From contig JAQGDQ010000915.1 of NCBI GenBank assembly GCA_030141605.1, forward strand, positions 1 through 64,000: a DNA stretch of 64,000 nucleotides. Direction: 5' to 3'. Numbering within the stretch: the first letter of the stretch is position 1; every line of letters begins with the position of its first letter. This DNA is from Tubiluchus corallicola (lineage: Eukaryota > Animalia > Priapulida). The notes beneath the pieces are model-generated. The model saw only the letters and a program-made list of their open reading frames with translations. It did not search any database and was not told where the DNA came from. Shown here in pieces: positions 25,700 to 38,509 of the stretch. The position numbers and the translations under genes are program-made.

Positions 25700-25736
<37 letters not shown>

Positions 25737-25779
25737 TATTATAATTATTATTATAATTACTGTATATAATTATTCTATG

Positions 25780-25987
25780 GCTACATAGTAGACTGTCAGC
25801 CTGTTCAAGTACATTGCCGTAGTAAGTTTAAGTAACATGACTGTCAGCCTATTCAAGTACATCGCCTTAGTAGATTTAAGCCTGTATGACTACATAGTAT
25901 GACGTCAGCCTATTCAAGTACATCGCCTTAGTAGATTTAAGCCTGTATGACTACATAGTATGACGTCAGCCTATTGAAATACATCGT
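25780..25987. repeat. Inverted satellite units related to the 21-kb array
   Basis: CCTTAGTAGATTTAAGCCTGTATGACTACATAGTAT is the reverse complement of about 21788-21823. Confidence 0.9.
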
Positions 25988-25992
25988 GCAAG

Positions 25993-26260
25993 ACTAAGAC
26001 GAGTAGGCACATATAACGAGATTGCCAGAAACAACACCAGTAAGATTAGCACCAAACGAGGCACTGAAACCTACTAAACGATCTCCAGGCAAACCAAAAA
26101 CAACTTGGATGTCAAGAATTAACAAAGATTTACAACAGCTGGAACCAAACCTAACAATAGCATCACAGGAATTGAACATTTTAGCTGCAGAAGGGAAACA
26201 GTGGAGTGCTCTAATCAAAGGATAGAGGCTCTATGTCTATAATAGATGTTTAGAACAACA
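25993..26260 (+). mobile_element. RTE-clade LINE 3' fragment
   Basis: Translates ...RLPETTPVRLA..EALKPTKRSPGKPKTTW...W, the typical post-RT C-terminal region. Confidence 0.75.
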
Positions 26261-26274
26261 GAAGTAGAAGATTC

Positions 26275-26525
26275 GCTCACTTTTCAACAAGATTTGTTTC
26301 AGTTTAATGGCTGTCGCAGTTTAATGCCAACAAGTGTGTGGTGCTACAACTCAAAACACAAATTCCAGCGCGGTATTATCTGACTGGCAAAGAGATAACA
26401 ATATCTTAGAATATAATGACCTTGGTGTAATTATTTCTCACGACCTTAAATCTTCTGCTCATATAACTGAAATAAGCAGGAAAGGAAATCAAATGGCAGG
26501 CTTGATCAAGCGATGTTTTGTAAAT
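26275..26525 (+). mobile_element. CR1-like LINE reverse-transcriptase C-terminal fragment
   Basis: FNANKCVVL then frameshifted DLGVIISHDLKSSAHITEISRKGNQMAGLIKRCF. Confidence 0.75.
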
Positions 26526-26599
26526 GTATTTTTCCGATTAGACGTCTAAAAGCAGGAAGAGCTGTAATTTTCGGTCGTATTTCGAGTGGCTTTTTTTAA

Positions 26600-27300
26600 C
26601 TGTTAAGATTAGAAATCCATAATGCAAACAAGACTGTACCATGATGTACTCTGCACTATATGCGGATTAGCTTTTTGGAAGGAGTAGGATTTTGCAACAA
26701 AATTCGCATTGACAAGCACCACCTACCCAAAAATTTGTGAAAAATTATTAAAAAGCTACCACATTAAATAAACAACAAAAAACAACGTCAATAAGAGATG
26801 CTTACGAGTCTCAATGTTAGTCATCGAGGAAGAAAATGTAGTATACAAGATACAAACGTTTCGTTTCTCCAATGAAACAAACAAGAACACCCACATTTCG
26901 TGATTCTCTAATGAAAATTTTCAAATCGCTATATAAGGAATCAGCCTATTGCCATCCATAATATCCTGCATGAACAACTCGTTATATTGACAACTCGTTA
27001 CATGACCAACGAACAACAAATACGTTCACGCGTTTATAGTTATCGTCTAACATAACTACAGCAAAATAAAAAGTGAAAAGGATAGGACCCAAAAAATCTC
27101 CTTGAGGTACGCCGATATTAAAACAGAGTGGAAGCTCGTCCTTCCTCCACAAAACTGACTATTGTCACATTAAACTGCACATCTCGCAAGAAATAACACA
27201 GTTTAGACAAGCATTTGTGGAAGTTGAAAGTTAAAATGCAATGCTGTCTTTCCACCTTCTCTATTATGAGCACGACTAGCCGCTATTTTTAAAAACATAA
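26600..27300 (-). mobile_element. Decayed CR1/L2-group RT fragment
   Basis: Minus strand near 27070-27113 encodes GVPQGDFLGPILFTFY (RT GVPQGS.LGP.LF motif); extent approximate. Confidence 0.6.
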
Positions 27301-27574
27301 TCTTAAGGTCAACCACATGAAGACAGAATAATATCACATTCAGCAAAGTGGCGATTCGTGAAAAAATACCTTGCCAGCTTGTTAGACTTTGAAACTATAT
27401 ACAACGAAGGAAAATTCTAGCACTATCTGCTTATTCAGATCTCACAGTCGTTTTTGAAAACACAAGACTTTCTTTTGAAGCCAAATCCGGTTCCTTTCAT
27501 CTTTAGTTGAACCTGTATTTTTGTACAATGCTGAGCTACGAACAATAAAAGTTAAACAACAGAGGGAAATTGAT

Positions 27575-27860
27575 GGCTTTTAAAGATGTCTCTATAGACA
27601 ACATTAGTTGTTAAATGGTCTGGCAGAGTATCCAATGATGATCTGTGTGATGTGGTGAAGAACCCTTGGAGTAAACAAATCCAAGTAAGAAGACTGGTTT
27701 GGACGGGCATGTACTAAAACTGCCTCAGTAATCTTCACTTTCTGTAGCACTACGTAAAGTTATTGAAACAAGAAAAAAGTCAAGAGAGAGAGTCAGCTAC
27801 TGACATACATTGGTATACTGCAAAAAGATTAGCAAAATGTAACTCTAGATTTGGAGGAGG
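27575..27860 (+). mobile_element. Decayed RTE-clade LINE 3' fragment
   Basis: PWSKQIQVRRLVWTGHVLKLP motif. Confidence 0.65.
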
Positions 27861-28169
27861 AGGTATATTAACACATATTCATCACTTCTAGCTTTATGGG
27901 CAATATTCAAGCCAAATATCTTTACTCATTATAACTTTGTCCGAAAATTAGAGACGAAAATCATGGTTAGTAACGTTACGGTTTGTCCAGTGATAATCAT
28001 GACTTACAAAATCGTGTTAAATCAATAAAAGTTTTGTCAAGAGACAATGTAAATAAGAAGAAACATTAGGAAAGACATGAACTCATGCAGTTATATTTAA
28101 AAAAGGGGGGAAATGCTTGTTTATTCTTATTAATTAACAAAATTGATTGTTAACCACAGTTCCATAATG

Positions 28170-28575
28170 AAGAAAATTTGAAATGCGTGCGATTGTCCAC
28201 TACGTCTAGGTATCCAGCGGGGCAATCATCTAATATCTTATGTAGAAAATAGCACCTTTACTGAAGGCCATTTTCAATACTTCCCTACAGGCACCATTAC
28301 AGAGACCTGGAACTCTCCTGGAAACTGCTTTCCATCATAATCAACAATGTACCAGTCTCCCACTTCAATGGGGTAACACTGCTGCTCTGAGTTGCTTCAT
28401 CTCCCTTACGAGTCTCTTGTTGATTGTCTCTGCAGAGGACATAGGCTACAACCTCATCATTCACCACTTTAAAGAAGAGCATCTTTGCAATGCCTGAAAT
28501 GGTCATGGCTTCACTGAAGAAGACATCAAGGTTCAGCTTCTCATTCCTCCTTGATATTTCACTAGATGTAATCTT
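28170..28575 (-). mobile_element. Frameshifted DNA-transposon protein C-terminal remnant
   Basis: Across frames: TISGIAKMLFF ... IEVGDWYIVDYDGKQFPGE ... QVSVMVPVGKY*KWP; superfamily not assigned. Confidence 0.5.
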
Positions 28576-29626
28576 AGACGAACAGATATGTTCTTCGTGA
28601 TTAGTGTGATACTTGTTTTCACATCTTAACTAGTCATTGCACACAGTAAGAGAATTTGAAATAATGTGATTTGTGGAGATTTTATATTCTCGGGAGGTAA
28701 ATAAATTCATTTTTCGGCTAGTAACGTTGCATGGCTTGCAGAGGGAGGGAAAATGCAACTATGTTGGCATTTTCAAAACGTATCTGTCAATTTTGCCAAT
28801 ATAAATCCACGAAGGCACTACACTGCCTATATGAATTTGATACTTCTCATTGGAATGCATTATTTATTTTGAATATATAGCTTCTTTACCATTATACAGA
28901 TTTTGCCAATGAAATATAGCATGAAAGTACACTCATTCAAAAGTGGTGAATTCAGTATCTAAAACTAACCATATACCCTGACAAATACTTTTCCCTGAAA
29001 CTTCAATGTGTCTTTTACTAAGTCAAACAAAAAAATATGGAAAAAACAAATTGAAATTTTAGGGTCATGTCTCTCTAATTGTGGAATTGCCCATTTAGTT
29101 TTGAGAAAAAAACACTTATTTTAATATCTAGTATTAAGCGGCCATTAATCGACAGTATTAATACGTCATTAATTTGTCAATACGAATTGAGAGTATTTCC
29201 ACTGAGTGTGTCATGAGTCATTTATTCAAACTTCGCAGGGTTTTGAACGACCTGTAACGTCACAGTAGATCGTCAAACAGAAACCATATCAGATTTTCAA
29301 CATCACGGCGAAGTAGACCTCTTTATAGGTTCTCACTTGTCAAGCGAATAACCAATCAGGAAAAGTATTTAAAAAAACACACGTTGATCCCTATTTCTGA
29401 GAACTTCTACATTCTAGCGGCTCTACGTTTTTTGACACCTCGTATTCTTGTCTCAAGTTATCAGGTTTCACTAGTCGAAGCAGTTAAAGGCAGTAATGGA
29501 TATCTCCTGTTTCCCTGTTATTTGTGACTTGTTATATGAAACACTTTCCCTGTTCTCTAGGTGTCTCGTTGTCCCGTTTGTGTTTAATAAACTGTTATGT
29601 GCTTTGCTCTGTCAGGGAGTGCTTAA

Positions 29627-30214
29627 AGGAAGACAGGATGATTTTTCATATACTACCCCATTTTCATGTCCGATAAAAAGTATACATTTTAACACAATTG
29701 CATTTTAGTACTGCAAAAGCGTTTCTGATAATTAAATAATAGATTAAAAATTTAATTAACGGCTATTGATGACATCACAAACATAATTTTCAATAGCAAA
29801 AATATTCCATGTTGCACTAGTTTGCGAAAGTCAAAATAGAAGTACAGTGCTACTGTAAGATACTCAGTGTGTTGTATTAAAACTAGGCAAGTTATAAAAT
29901 TCAAATTTCAAACTTACCGCTGTGCTCACGCATGAGCTGTCGAACGTATGTAGTTCGTCACAACCTAACACATCTGAACTGAACGGTATGCACCTGTTTT
30001 TTATGCAATATCCGAAATGCAGGCAGCGCATGTCTAATTAACGAATGGCGAAATGCATGTAACAGCGAAGAACTAGTGACGCAAACGTGAAATTGTATTT
30101 GTGTAGTAACAATTCTTTCACGTAAGTCATTTTTGAAAAATAGTATGTTTCCTTTCAATATTTTAAAGAGTTGATTATTTTGACTTACAGTTTAAGATTG
30201 GGTCCGGTTTTCCT
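29627..30214. mobile_element. Kolobok-type non-autonomous DNA transposon, family B
   Basis: TTAA flanks; TIR AGGAAGACAGG / CCGGTTTTCCT; similar copies near 19040-19652, 35900-36459 (inverted) and 6601-7000. Confidence 0.75.
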
Positions 30215-30248
30215 TTAAACTCCGGAGCATTGTTATTCCACTGCTCAC

Positions 30249-30576
30249 TTGTATGTCTTAGAAGAAGAAGAATTTTAAGTTTGTGTTACGGGGCGTTCAG
30301 GTTAGTGAGTGGTTCTACCGTGAATTTTCTCTTTGATAGGAAACTCATAAGTGTGAATTGCTTTACGAGTTACTGTCGGCAAGTTTCTGCAAACTATCCG
30401 ACAGTTACTGTGTTGTATGTCTTAGAAGAAGAATAATTTTAAGTTTGTGTTACGGGGCGTTCAGGTTAGTGAGTGGTTCTACCGTGAATTTTCTCTTTGA
30501 TAGGAAACTCATAAGTGTGAATTGCTTTACGAGTTACTGTCGGCAAGTTTCTGCAAACTATCCGACAGTTACTGTG
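30249..30576. repeat. 164-bp tandem duplication overlapping the left end of a Harbinger-like MITE (to about 30781)
   Basis: Two near-identical copies; GGGGCGTTCAG ... CTGAACACGCC putative termini. Confidence 0.8.
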
Positions 30577-31651
30577 AGTTGATTTGCTTTCTAGTGTGAA
30601 CGCTTTAGCGAGTTACTCTCGACACAGTGAATAAAGTGAGTGTCAGCACGCGCTTATTGTCAGAGAGTAACTCGCAGCAAGTTTTAGTACTCTAGTCTGA
30701 ACACGCTTGTGGGTTAAGCAGAGATACAGCAAAGGTTACTTGAGTTAATTTGGCAAGAAAACTCGCTAGTCTGAACACGCCTTTCATGTGAATGCGAAAA
30801 TCAGATGATAAACGCAATATTTGTGCTGCAAGGCAAAGTTAATGAAAGCTTTTATTAACTTAGTTACAGACGAATGCATTGCGCGCACTATAACTAGTAA
30901 AATTACGCCCGCCTAATTTTTTATAACATATAAGGTAATACGTTGTTGTATGCATAGCTTGTTATATTTTGCTTGTTATTGTTGTTTTTGTTGTTGTCTT
31001 TGCTATGTAACGTTACTACTGCGGGGTATTGTATATTGCTATATATTAATTTACACTATTCTGCATGGCTATGTAATTTAACTTTGTAAAGTTTCTGGTC
31101 TGTAAACAGAGGCCATTTGTATGTTTCAGTATCCATTATACAAATAGAAGGGCTATCACACCATCACCATTGTCATCGTCGTCATCATCATCATCGTCGT
31201 CGTCATCATCGTCTGGCTTCGTAATCCGGAAAAGGTCATCAGCAGAGTTTTAAAAGTTCTTCAAACGATTGGATCCAAAGTGAATATGACGTAATCCTAT
31301 CTACATAGCGTTTTCAGGTTGTTAATAACAAGAACAGAATCAATTTGATGAAGATTCAGCAGATTCAACGAATTTTATATCATTGTTATTAAAATAAATC
31401 AATATTTCAAGTGCACATCACCGAGTAACAAGAAACGATACCTACAAATGATACAAATGACTGGTTATTTTCATTCGTAAGACAATTTACTTGTTACAAG
31501 TCAAAGCGTGAAAAGTAAACGTATTTAACACTGGCGTAGTTAAACACGCCATACTCAAATAGTTAGTGATACGCGAACATTCCACGTAGTAACTTTGCTT
31601 TACAACTCTTGAATTCTAGAGCAACTCTATAACGTGCAGCTGCACTGCAAG

Positions 31652-31968
31652 CACGGCTGGATAACCCTATAGACTAATACAGGCTGTAGCCTAGGGCCCC
31701 TCCAACTTTTGGCAGCCAAAGTTTGAGGGGCCCTGCTAAAAGATTTTCAAATATAACCTTTTTTTGAAAAATAAGTATAATATTTTAACATTTTACATTT
31801 GACTTAAAATAAAATTTCAACTTCAAAAAACGAGGCCTGGGTGTCTGAAACCCCAATATTAAAAAGTGGGCTTCTTTGTGGTCCCCTTATTTGGGATAAA
31901 GGGCAATGTTGAGGGAAGCCCATGATTTGATTAGGCTAGGGATCCCAGTAGGTCATAACCCGACCCTG
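31652..31968. mobile_element. Degenerate hAT-type MITE, same family as 54696-55063
   Basis: CACGGCTGGATAACCCTATAG ... GGTCATAACCCGACCCTG termini match the 54.7 kb copy. Confidence 0.6.
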
Positions 31969-32549
31969 GCTATAAATATAATTAAAGGCAACTGCATCTC
32001 AAATTGGGAGCACCAGCCCAATTGGGTATTAGTCCCAGACGGTCCAAACCGGCGTCATACGTAGTCACATAACTTTTCCTACAAATGCTTTAAATTTTAA
32101 GACTTATAAAGTTGGAGGTACCTCAGTTTCACTTATGAACAAAAGAAGCAACGCTGTGGCTTGTGTGAGTATTATCTCTGACAGGTATTTTTGAGCTCGG
32201 ACTGGGCATTATTTTCCTAATGGCGAAGCATTTAACAATATTATGTTTGTAGTTCTTGTTTGCAAATAAAATTGCATCGTCATGAGTTTTGCTCAGTTTG
32301 CGCAGCAGTCGAGTTAGTTTAATTGTTTTTCTGACTGCAAAAAGTTTCAAAGCTGTTTGTTTGTTTGCTTTCCCACTTCAACTCAAATATCCAATTAAAT
32401 TAAATTCCTTTTCAAAAAACTGTTAACAGTTAAAAACAGTCAAAACAGTTAACAGTTGAAAAACACGCGGTAGCAGCAATTAACGCACATCTAAGTGCAC
32501 AGAAAAGTTACTGTTACAGTTGTAGAAGGGGAAGGGAAGTTTCGGCACG

Positions 32550-32682
32550 AATCTAGCTACGCCACTGACATAATCTAACTACGCCACTGACATGATCTAG
32601 CTACGCCACTGACATAATCTAGCTACGCCACTGACATAATCTAGCTACGCCACTGACATAATCTATCTACGCCACTGATATG
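32550..32682. repeat. 22-bp tandem repeat (x6) of a hAT-like terminus
   Basis: Unit ATCTAGCTACGCCACTGACATA. Confidence 0.9.
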
Positions 32683-32714
32683 ATAAATAAACTGTGACGT
32701 GGAACGAGCGTTGC

Positions 32715-33060
32715 ATGGGGGATACTGCAACTCCATCTATGTTGGTGCCTAAGCATGCCTATCTTAATCCACTTGATATATTGCAGAATCGTGCTGTCAG
32801 TCTGGTTGGGCCTCATTTAGGGTCGGTCCGCACTGCAGTCCTTGTTCATCGAAGTTCAATTCCTACATTAGGCATATTTTATCATTACTTCTATGGAAGA
32901 TGTTTTCGGCATCTCTGTTTATTGCTCTCTAAATTCCGACAGTCTGATAGAAGCACCCTTTTGAAGCTGGTTCTCAAATCTTCATAACAGACATACATAG
33001 ATGCAAAACAGCTGCTTATCGCAAGTTTATTCCTTTTGGCCTCTTGTCTGTAGAATTCTC
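32715..33060 (+). mobile_element. Decayed Jockey/I-group-like LINE 3' fragment
   Basis: LDILQNRAVSLVG...HRSSIPTLGIFYHYFYGRC. Confidence 0.6.
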
Positions 33061-34859
33061 TACCCGAAAATTGTCAGCCTTTCGCGTTTGAAACTAAGTG
33101 CAGCCGATTTTAGGCGGAGTCGAATAAATTTAAAAGTTATGGCTTCACATTACAGAGTGAATTACACGCCGTCTTTCTACATAATTTATAAATCAATTTG
33201 AATTTGACCTTACTCAAACCGCTGAAGCCCTTTTGCGGCAGAAATGATTTCTGTCGATCGAAACGCCAACAAGAACTGCTCTAAATGGCAAATCAATCGA
33301 ACTAATCACGTTGAGGGCTCTAACAGAAGTACGGAGTAGCGAAGCGTATGCAAATTAAAGCAGAGGTCCCCGTAAAATTGCAGATTCACTGTTGAAAATT
33401 GGTGAAAAGTTGCTAGTATTATTCTTGAAGACAAAACTGCAATTGTAGGCGCTGAGTACCAAAACATGGCAAAAAATTTATGAAATTTCATTTGTTGAAA
33501 ATTGATAAATGGCAAGAAAATCCATAACTTATATAAATTTTAAAAAAATCATCTTTTTACGCTTTTATTACAAACAGAATCTAATTTTGCCTGTCGTAGC
33601 GTGATGGCAACTATATCGTGTTTTGAGAACATCTACAATTCAATGTTTTTTAATGTCTTTGTATCTAAAAAATTTAGTTCAATTCACTTCTCACATTCTT
33701 CAAAGAAGTTTTAGCTCATTGAAATCACAGAGCAGCACTTAATACCACACATTTCCAAAGAAACGCAAAATGGAAGCTACAAATCTTAAAAAAGTGAGTT
33801 CAAAATAGCAAATGTAAAAAAAATAACAGAAATTATCCTTTATTTCTTGCCAAAGATGGCGCCACTTGTTTTAAATAACATAGGGTATGGCACTTGTACT
33901 TGTAAAAAACTGTCAGTGCCACAAAAAAATTTACACTTGAAAAAAACCACAAAAGTTACATAGTGTTTAAAGGTAAAACAGCCACTTTGTAACGTGACGG
34001 CGACACCAGAGCTGTAAGCAGATTTGTCAACAATAAATTACGCACAACATGGTGACGCCTATTGGCAAATAAAGAACATTTTGGTCTAGTGCTTCTTCAA
34101 AGAAATGAATAAAATTAGCAATTCTGAATTTCTGAACTTATAAACCTATGTATTTAATTTAATAAACTTCCCCACTAGCATAATAATATTTTTATTATAC
34201 CCATATTTATATTTGTATATATTGTAATATTGTATCTGTATATATTGTAATTTTTTCGTAACTAATTCTAGTGGCCTAACATAAGCTAAGTTCTTAGGTT
34301 TCTAGCGCAGAATTCATGAATTGTATCATATTTTTGTATTAACAAAAACTGATTATCGATGCACATGTAATGTATATGTTTATTGCGAAATAAATCTATT
34401 AAATCTAAAATCTAATCTACTAAAACCACACAATCGCTTGGGCTAAGACGTCACTAATTCTTCTCACGTCATCTCATTAATGACGTCACTAATTCTGCTC
34501 ACGTCATCTCATTGATGACGTACACGTTCGTTTTTTGTCACCTCTGCAGTTCTTGTTTGTGACGTCACATAGAATTTTACCATACAATTTATGATGATGA
34601 TGATGACAAATCTTTTATTGAACAAAATTATAATAGAAAAGTATACAGACGGTGAGTCCATTTGCAGGCAGATGCTTACAAAAGATTTGCGAATTTACGA
34701 CAAAATGTAGTGCAATCTTATTTTTTAACGAAACAAAAATAATAAACGATAAGAAACTTCATTAGAAATCTAACGTACGATATTTTATGTTGCTTACCGT
34801 ACAAACCTACAGTTAATGAGTAAAAAATGATTTTCTTTTGCAATTCTTAATCGATCACT

Positions 34860-35545
34860 GCCAAAATCAAGCAGGTTCGTCTTTGTCTTATTCCCCAAAC
34901 CCTCCAAATAGGTTCGTACACATCGGTTGAGTAGTTTTTGCGTAATCCTGTTCACAGACAGGCAAACAAACAATCAAATAGCGATGAAAACATAACGAAT
35001 CCGGGTAACAAAGTCACAGGTAAAAAAGTTATAGAAAAAAGTTACAGGAAGAAACGTCATAGAAAAAAGTAAAAAGAAAAAAGTCATAGAAAAAAGTTAC
35101 AGGAAGGAAAGTCATAGAAAAAAGTTCCAGGAAAAAAGTCATACAAAAAAGTTACAGGAAAAAGTCATAGAAAAAATTACAGGAAAAAATAAATAACAGT
35201 AACCACAACCCTAGACAAAATTAATTGTGCCTTTGGAAGGAGTTACCAATTTCCCACGCAGTTTAAATACCCTAACCTTAACTCTACCCCAACCCTAACC
35301 CTAACCCCAACCCCAACACTAACCCTAACCCCAACCCCAACCATAACCCTAATCCTAACCCCAACCCCAACCTTAACCCTAATCCGATTCACTAACTAAT
35401 CTCTTGCGTGTGGGGGAATTGTAAACTTTAGCCGTGACTTTTTTGCTGTGACTTTTTCCTGGCCGAAATTGTGACCTTTTCCGTGACTTTTTTCCTGTGA
35501 CTTTACTACAGGTCATCAAACATAACCTCATTGACAGAGTGTAAT
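34860..35545 (+). mobile_element. Helentron/DINE-like (HINE) 3' end interrupted by the Mutator-type MITE
   Basis: GTAGTTTTTGCGTAATCCTG, (CAAA)n-like tract, GAAAACATAAC[insertion]CTCATTGACAGAGTGTAAT terminal hairpin layout. Confidence 0.45.
34997..35517. mobile_element. Mutator/Foldback-type MITE with modular TIRs and telomere-like core
   Basis: 9-bp TSD AAACATAAC (34988-96, 35518-26); G...C termini; inverted arrays of AAAAGTCACAGG-like units; central CCCTAA/CCCCAA run. Confidence 0.8.
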
Positions 35546-35899
35546 AAAGTACACAAAAGTATGCGTTACGTGGAACTTTTACACTTGCAAAACATTCACT
35601 TAAATTGTGTGAATAAAGGTCGCTTGAATCAAATTCAAAGTTGCGCAACATTTCAGCAAGTAAATTTCTATAACGATTCAATTACTTCGCTGTTGTTATT
35701 CTGATCTCGCACAACAAGTCACATCTGTCGCTGTTTCACTGTTTATCCAAACAATTTGTTGCCTTTTTCTTCTGCCTTACTTATTTATTTTCTCAAGACG
35801 GAAACGACAAAAACGTTTGCTAACGGAAAACGGCCAATCCCAGAGGCGGCACTTCATTCGATTCTCAACTTTCCTGAATGTTTTTGGTTTTTCATTGAA

Positions 35900-36459
35900 A
35901 ATGGGAAAAACCTAACCGTAAACTACAGTTCATTCAAAACATTCTAATCAATATTGAAGCGGAATGCATTGTTCGTTTTCTAATGACTTACGTAAAAGAA
36001 TTATTGCCACGGCAACCTTTGCTGTTACATGCATTTCGCCAATCGCTAGTTAGATGGGCATTAGCGCCTGCATTTGCACAAAAAGCAGGTGCTGTATCTC
36101 TCAGTTCAGGGGTGTTCAGTTGTGACATAATGCATACTATCCAGAGCTCATGCGTAAACACAGAGGGAAGCTTGAAATTTAATTTTAAACTTAAAATTTG
36201 CCGAGTTCTTCTGTATCACATTAAATGCTATAAAGTAGTACATGTATTTCCATTGTCACTTTCGCTAACAGAATATTTATGTTATTGGAAATTATGTTCA
36301 GTTCTGATGTCATCACTAGTTGGACGCGCCCGCCGTTAATTACGTTCTGAACATATTATTTAATTATCAGAAACGCTTTGGCATTACTATGGTGTTAAAA
36401 TGTATACTTTTACCGTACTTCAAAATGGAGTAGGATATGACAAACCATTTTGTTTTCCT
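35900..36459. mobile_element. Kolobok-type family B copy, inverted
   Basis: Reverse-complement similarity to 29627-30214; ends GTTTTCCT-TTAA. Confidence 0.65.
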
Positions 36460-36897
36460 TTAAACGGTAACGAGCCTAACTTTGACGTTATATTATGGGG
36501 ATAATTATACAAAAGCATGGGCGAGTTCAAATCAAACAGCATCAAATATGGAATACGGCAAACGGGTGGTTTAAACAGTTTCGTTAAATGCAGAATGCAA
36601 GTTAACGTAGGTGTTGCTTTCACAGCACTTGCGTATAGAAACTGCAGTTTCAAAAAATGATCAATCATCAAAAAGGGGAACTGCGCAAAGGTTTATTGAG
36701 GACTAAAAATTGAAGAACGTTCAAAGTTTCGTTTTTTTTTGCTGCACAACGTTTAGAAGCCAGCAGGTGCGGTTTATAAACTACTAGAAAAGGAAATAGC
36801 AAATTTCCAAATATGCAAAGGACAAAGAGGTTGTGAACAAATTCAAACTCTATAGAATAATAGTTCTTTCGTTAGAATGTTCTGATTCGATAATACT

Positions 36898-36909
36898 TGT
36901 CTCTCTCTG

Positions 36910-36962
<53 letters not shown>

Positions 36963-36971
36963 GTCTCTCTG

Positions 36972-37033
<62 letters not shown>

Positions 37034-37180
37034 CCTCCCTCCCTCCCTCCCTCCCTCTCTCTCTCCCTCTCTCTCTTTCTTTCTGTCTGTCTCTCGCTGT
37101 GTCTCTCGCTATCGCTCTCTCTTTCCCTGTCTACCTGTCTATCTGTTTATCTCTGTCTGTCTGTCTGTCTGTCTCTCTGC
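36898..37180. repeat. (CT)n/(CCCT)n/(CTGT)n microsatellite
   Basis: Directly visible. Confidence 0.97.
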
Positions 37181-38509
37181 CCGTCTATCTCAAATTTAAT
37201 TTTAATAGAGGAAATCCCTGTAGATTCATAACTAATTCTCGTGGCCATCGTATGTATTTTCTTCTTTAAAGCAACATTTCGAGGTATTGCTACGTTTCGT
37301 TATTGCATAAAGTTTTTGTCATTCTGGGTTCCGTCTAGCCAGAAGCTAAAGTAAATATATCGATACCGTATCTACAGCCATTCCAAGTCACGCAACATCT
37401 GCAGGGCAAAACCTATAATAATTATACCGATCAGACATATTGCAGAGTTAAATTGTTGCTCCAAACTTTTCGCGTTACATTATGAAAACCAGCAGAAACG
37501 CAGCTTCATTCTTCAGTAGTCAATGACGAGTACAGGAAACTTCACTGAAAGGGAAATTATTGTGAAGATATTGCGGAATATTGTTTCTGATGTTTAAGGC
37601 TTAGTAGTAGTAGTAGTGTTACGTAGCTTGTAATCCAGGGTGATGTTTCTTTAGTAGTAAATTATGTAGCTTGTGCTCCACAACGATCGTAGTTCTGTAG
37701 TTAATTTCATCAAGCTGTGGCCAAGTGTGATATTTCTTTAGTAGTAAGGTTCTGTAGCTTGCGACTCACCATTTCTTGATTAGGCAGAACTTGTACGCCA
37801 CTGAGGTAATATGTGACCTTAATTATGTGAACCCTTAAACCAGCAATTTCTATTTTAATACATGTGGTATCTAAAATGTCATAACATTGTCCCTTATCCT
37901 ATATGACAATTTTGGACCAAAATCAAAAGCACCTAACCAAAGTGCAAAGTCTAAAAATGACAACCTCAGACACATCCAGCAAAATAAATTGGATAGTGAA
38001 AATCGTAGTAAATTACTACGAATAATGCTGATGCTTGGACAAGCCAATTATAACAATTATGTAATACTATCGATAATATGTCCTGTTCTGTCCTGTCCCG
38101 TCCAGTCCTGTCCGGCTTTGTCGGATTCTGCCCTATAACTCCTGCCCTGTTCTGTCCTGTCCGGTTCTGTGCTGTCATGTCATGTCTTGTGCTGCACTGT
38201 CCAGTTGCAAACGAAGTAGTAATAAAATTGTTAATTTACGGGAAAGGTAAAGTTTGGTCAAGTTATGTTTGCAAGGTGTAATTATTAGTATAATTATGCA
38301 GGTTAAAACGGTAAATGAACTAACCTTCCCATCTTTAGTGCCTCATAGTTTGCTCTTCCCACACCACGCGCGCCACCTGTAATCAATGCCAGTTTACCTT
38401 TGATCTTCATCGATGCGTTTTTTTGCTTTAAAAACTATAAAAATTGCGTGTGCTAAAAAGTTGGCTGTTGGGCTTTTAGCAGCTGGTGCGCAGAGCCTTC
38501 TAAGCACGT

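Noticed and set aside
26845-26890. Second hammerhead on the minus strand
   Set aside because: Stem plus GAAACGTT present but the CTGANGA core is missing.
35270-35385. True telomere or chromosome fusion site
   Set aside because: Degenerate hexamers lying inside a TSD-bounded MITE.
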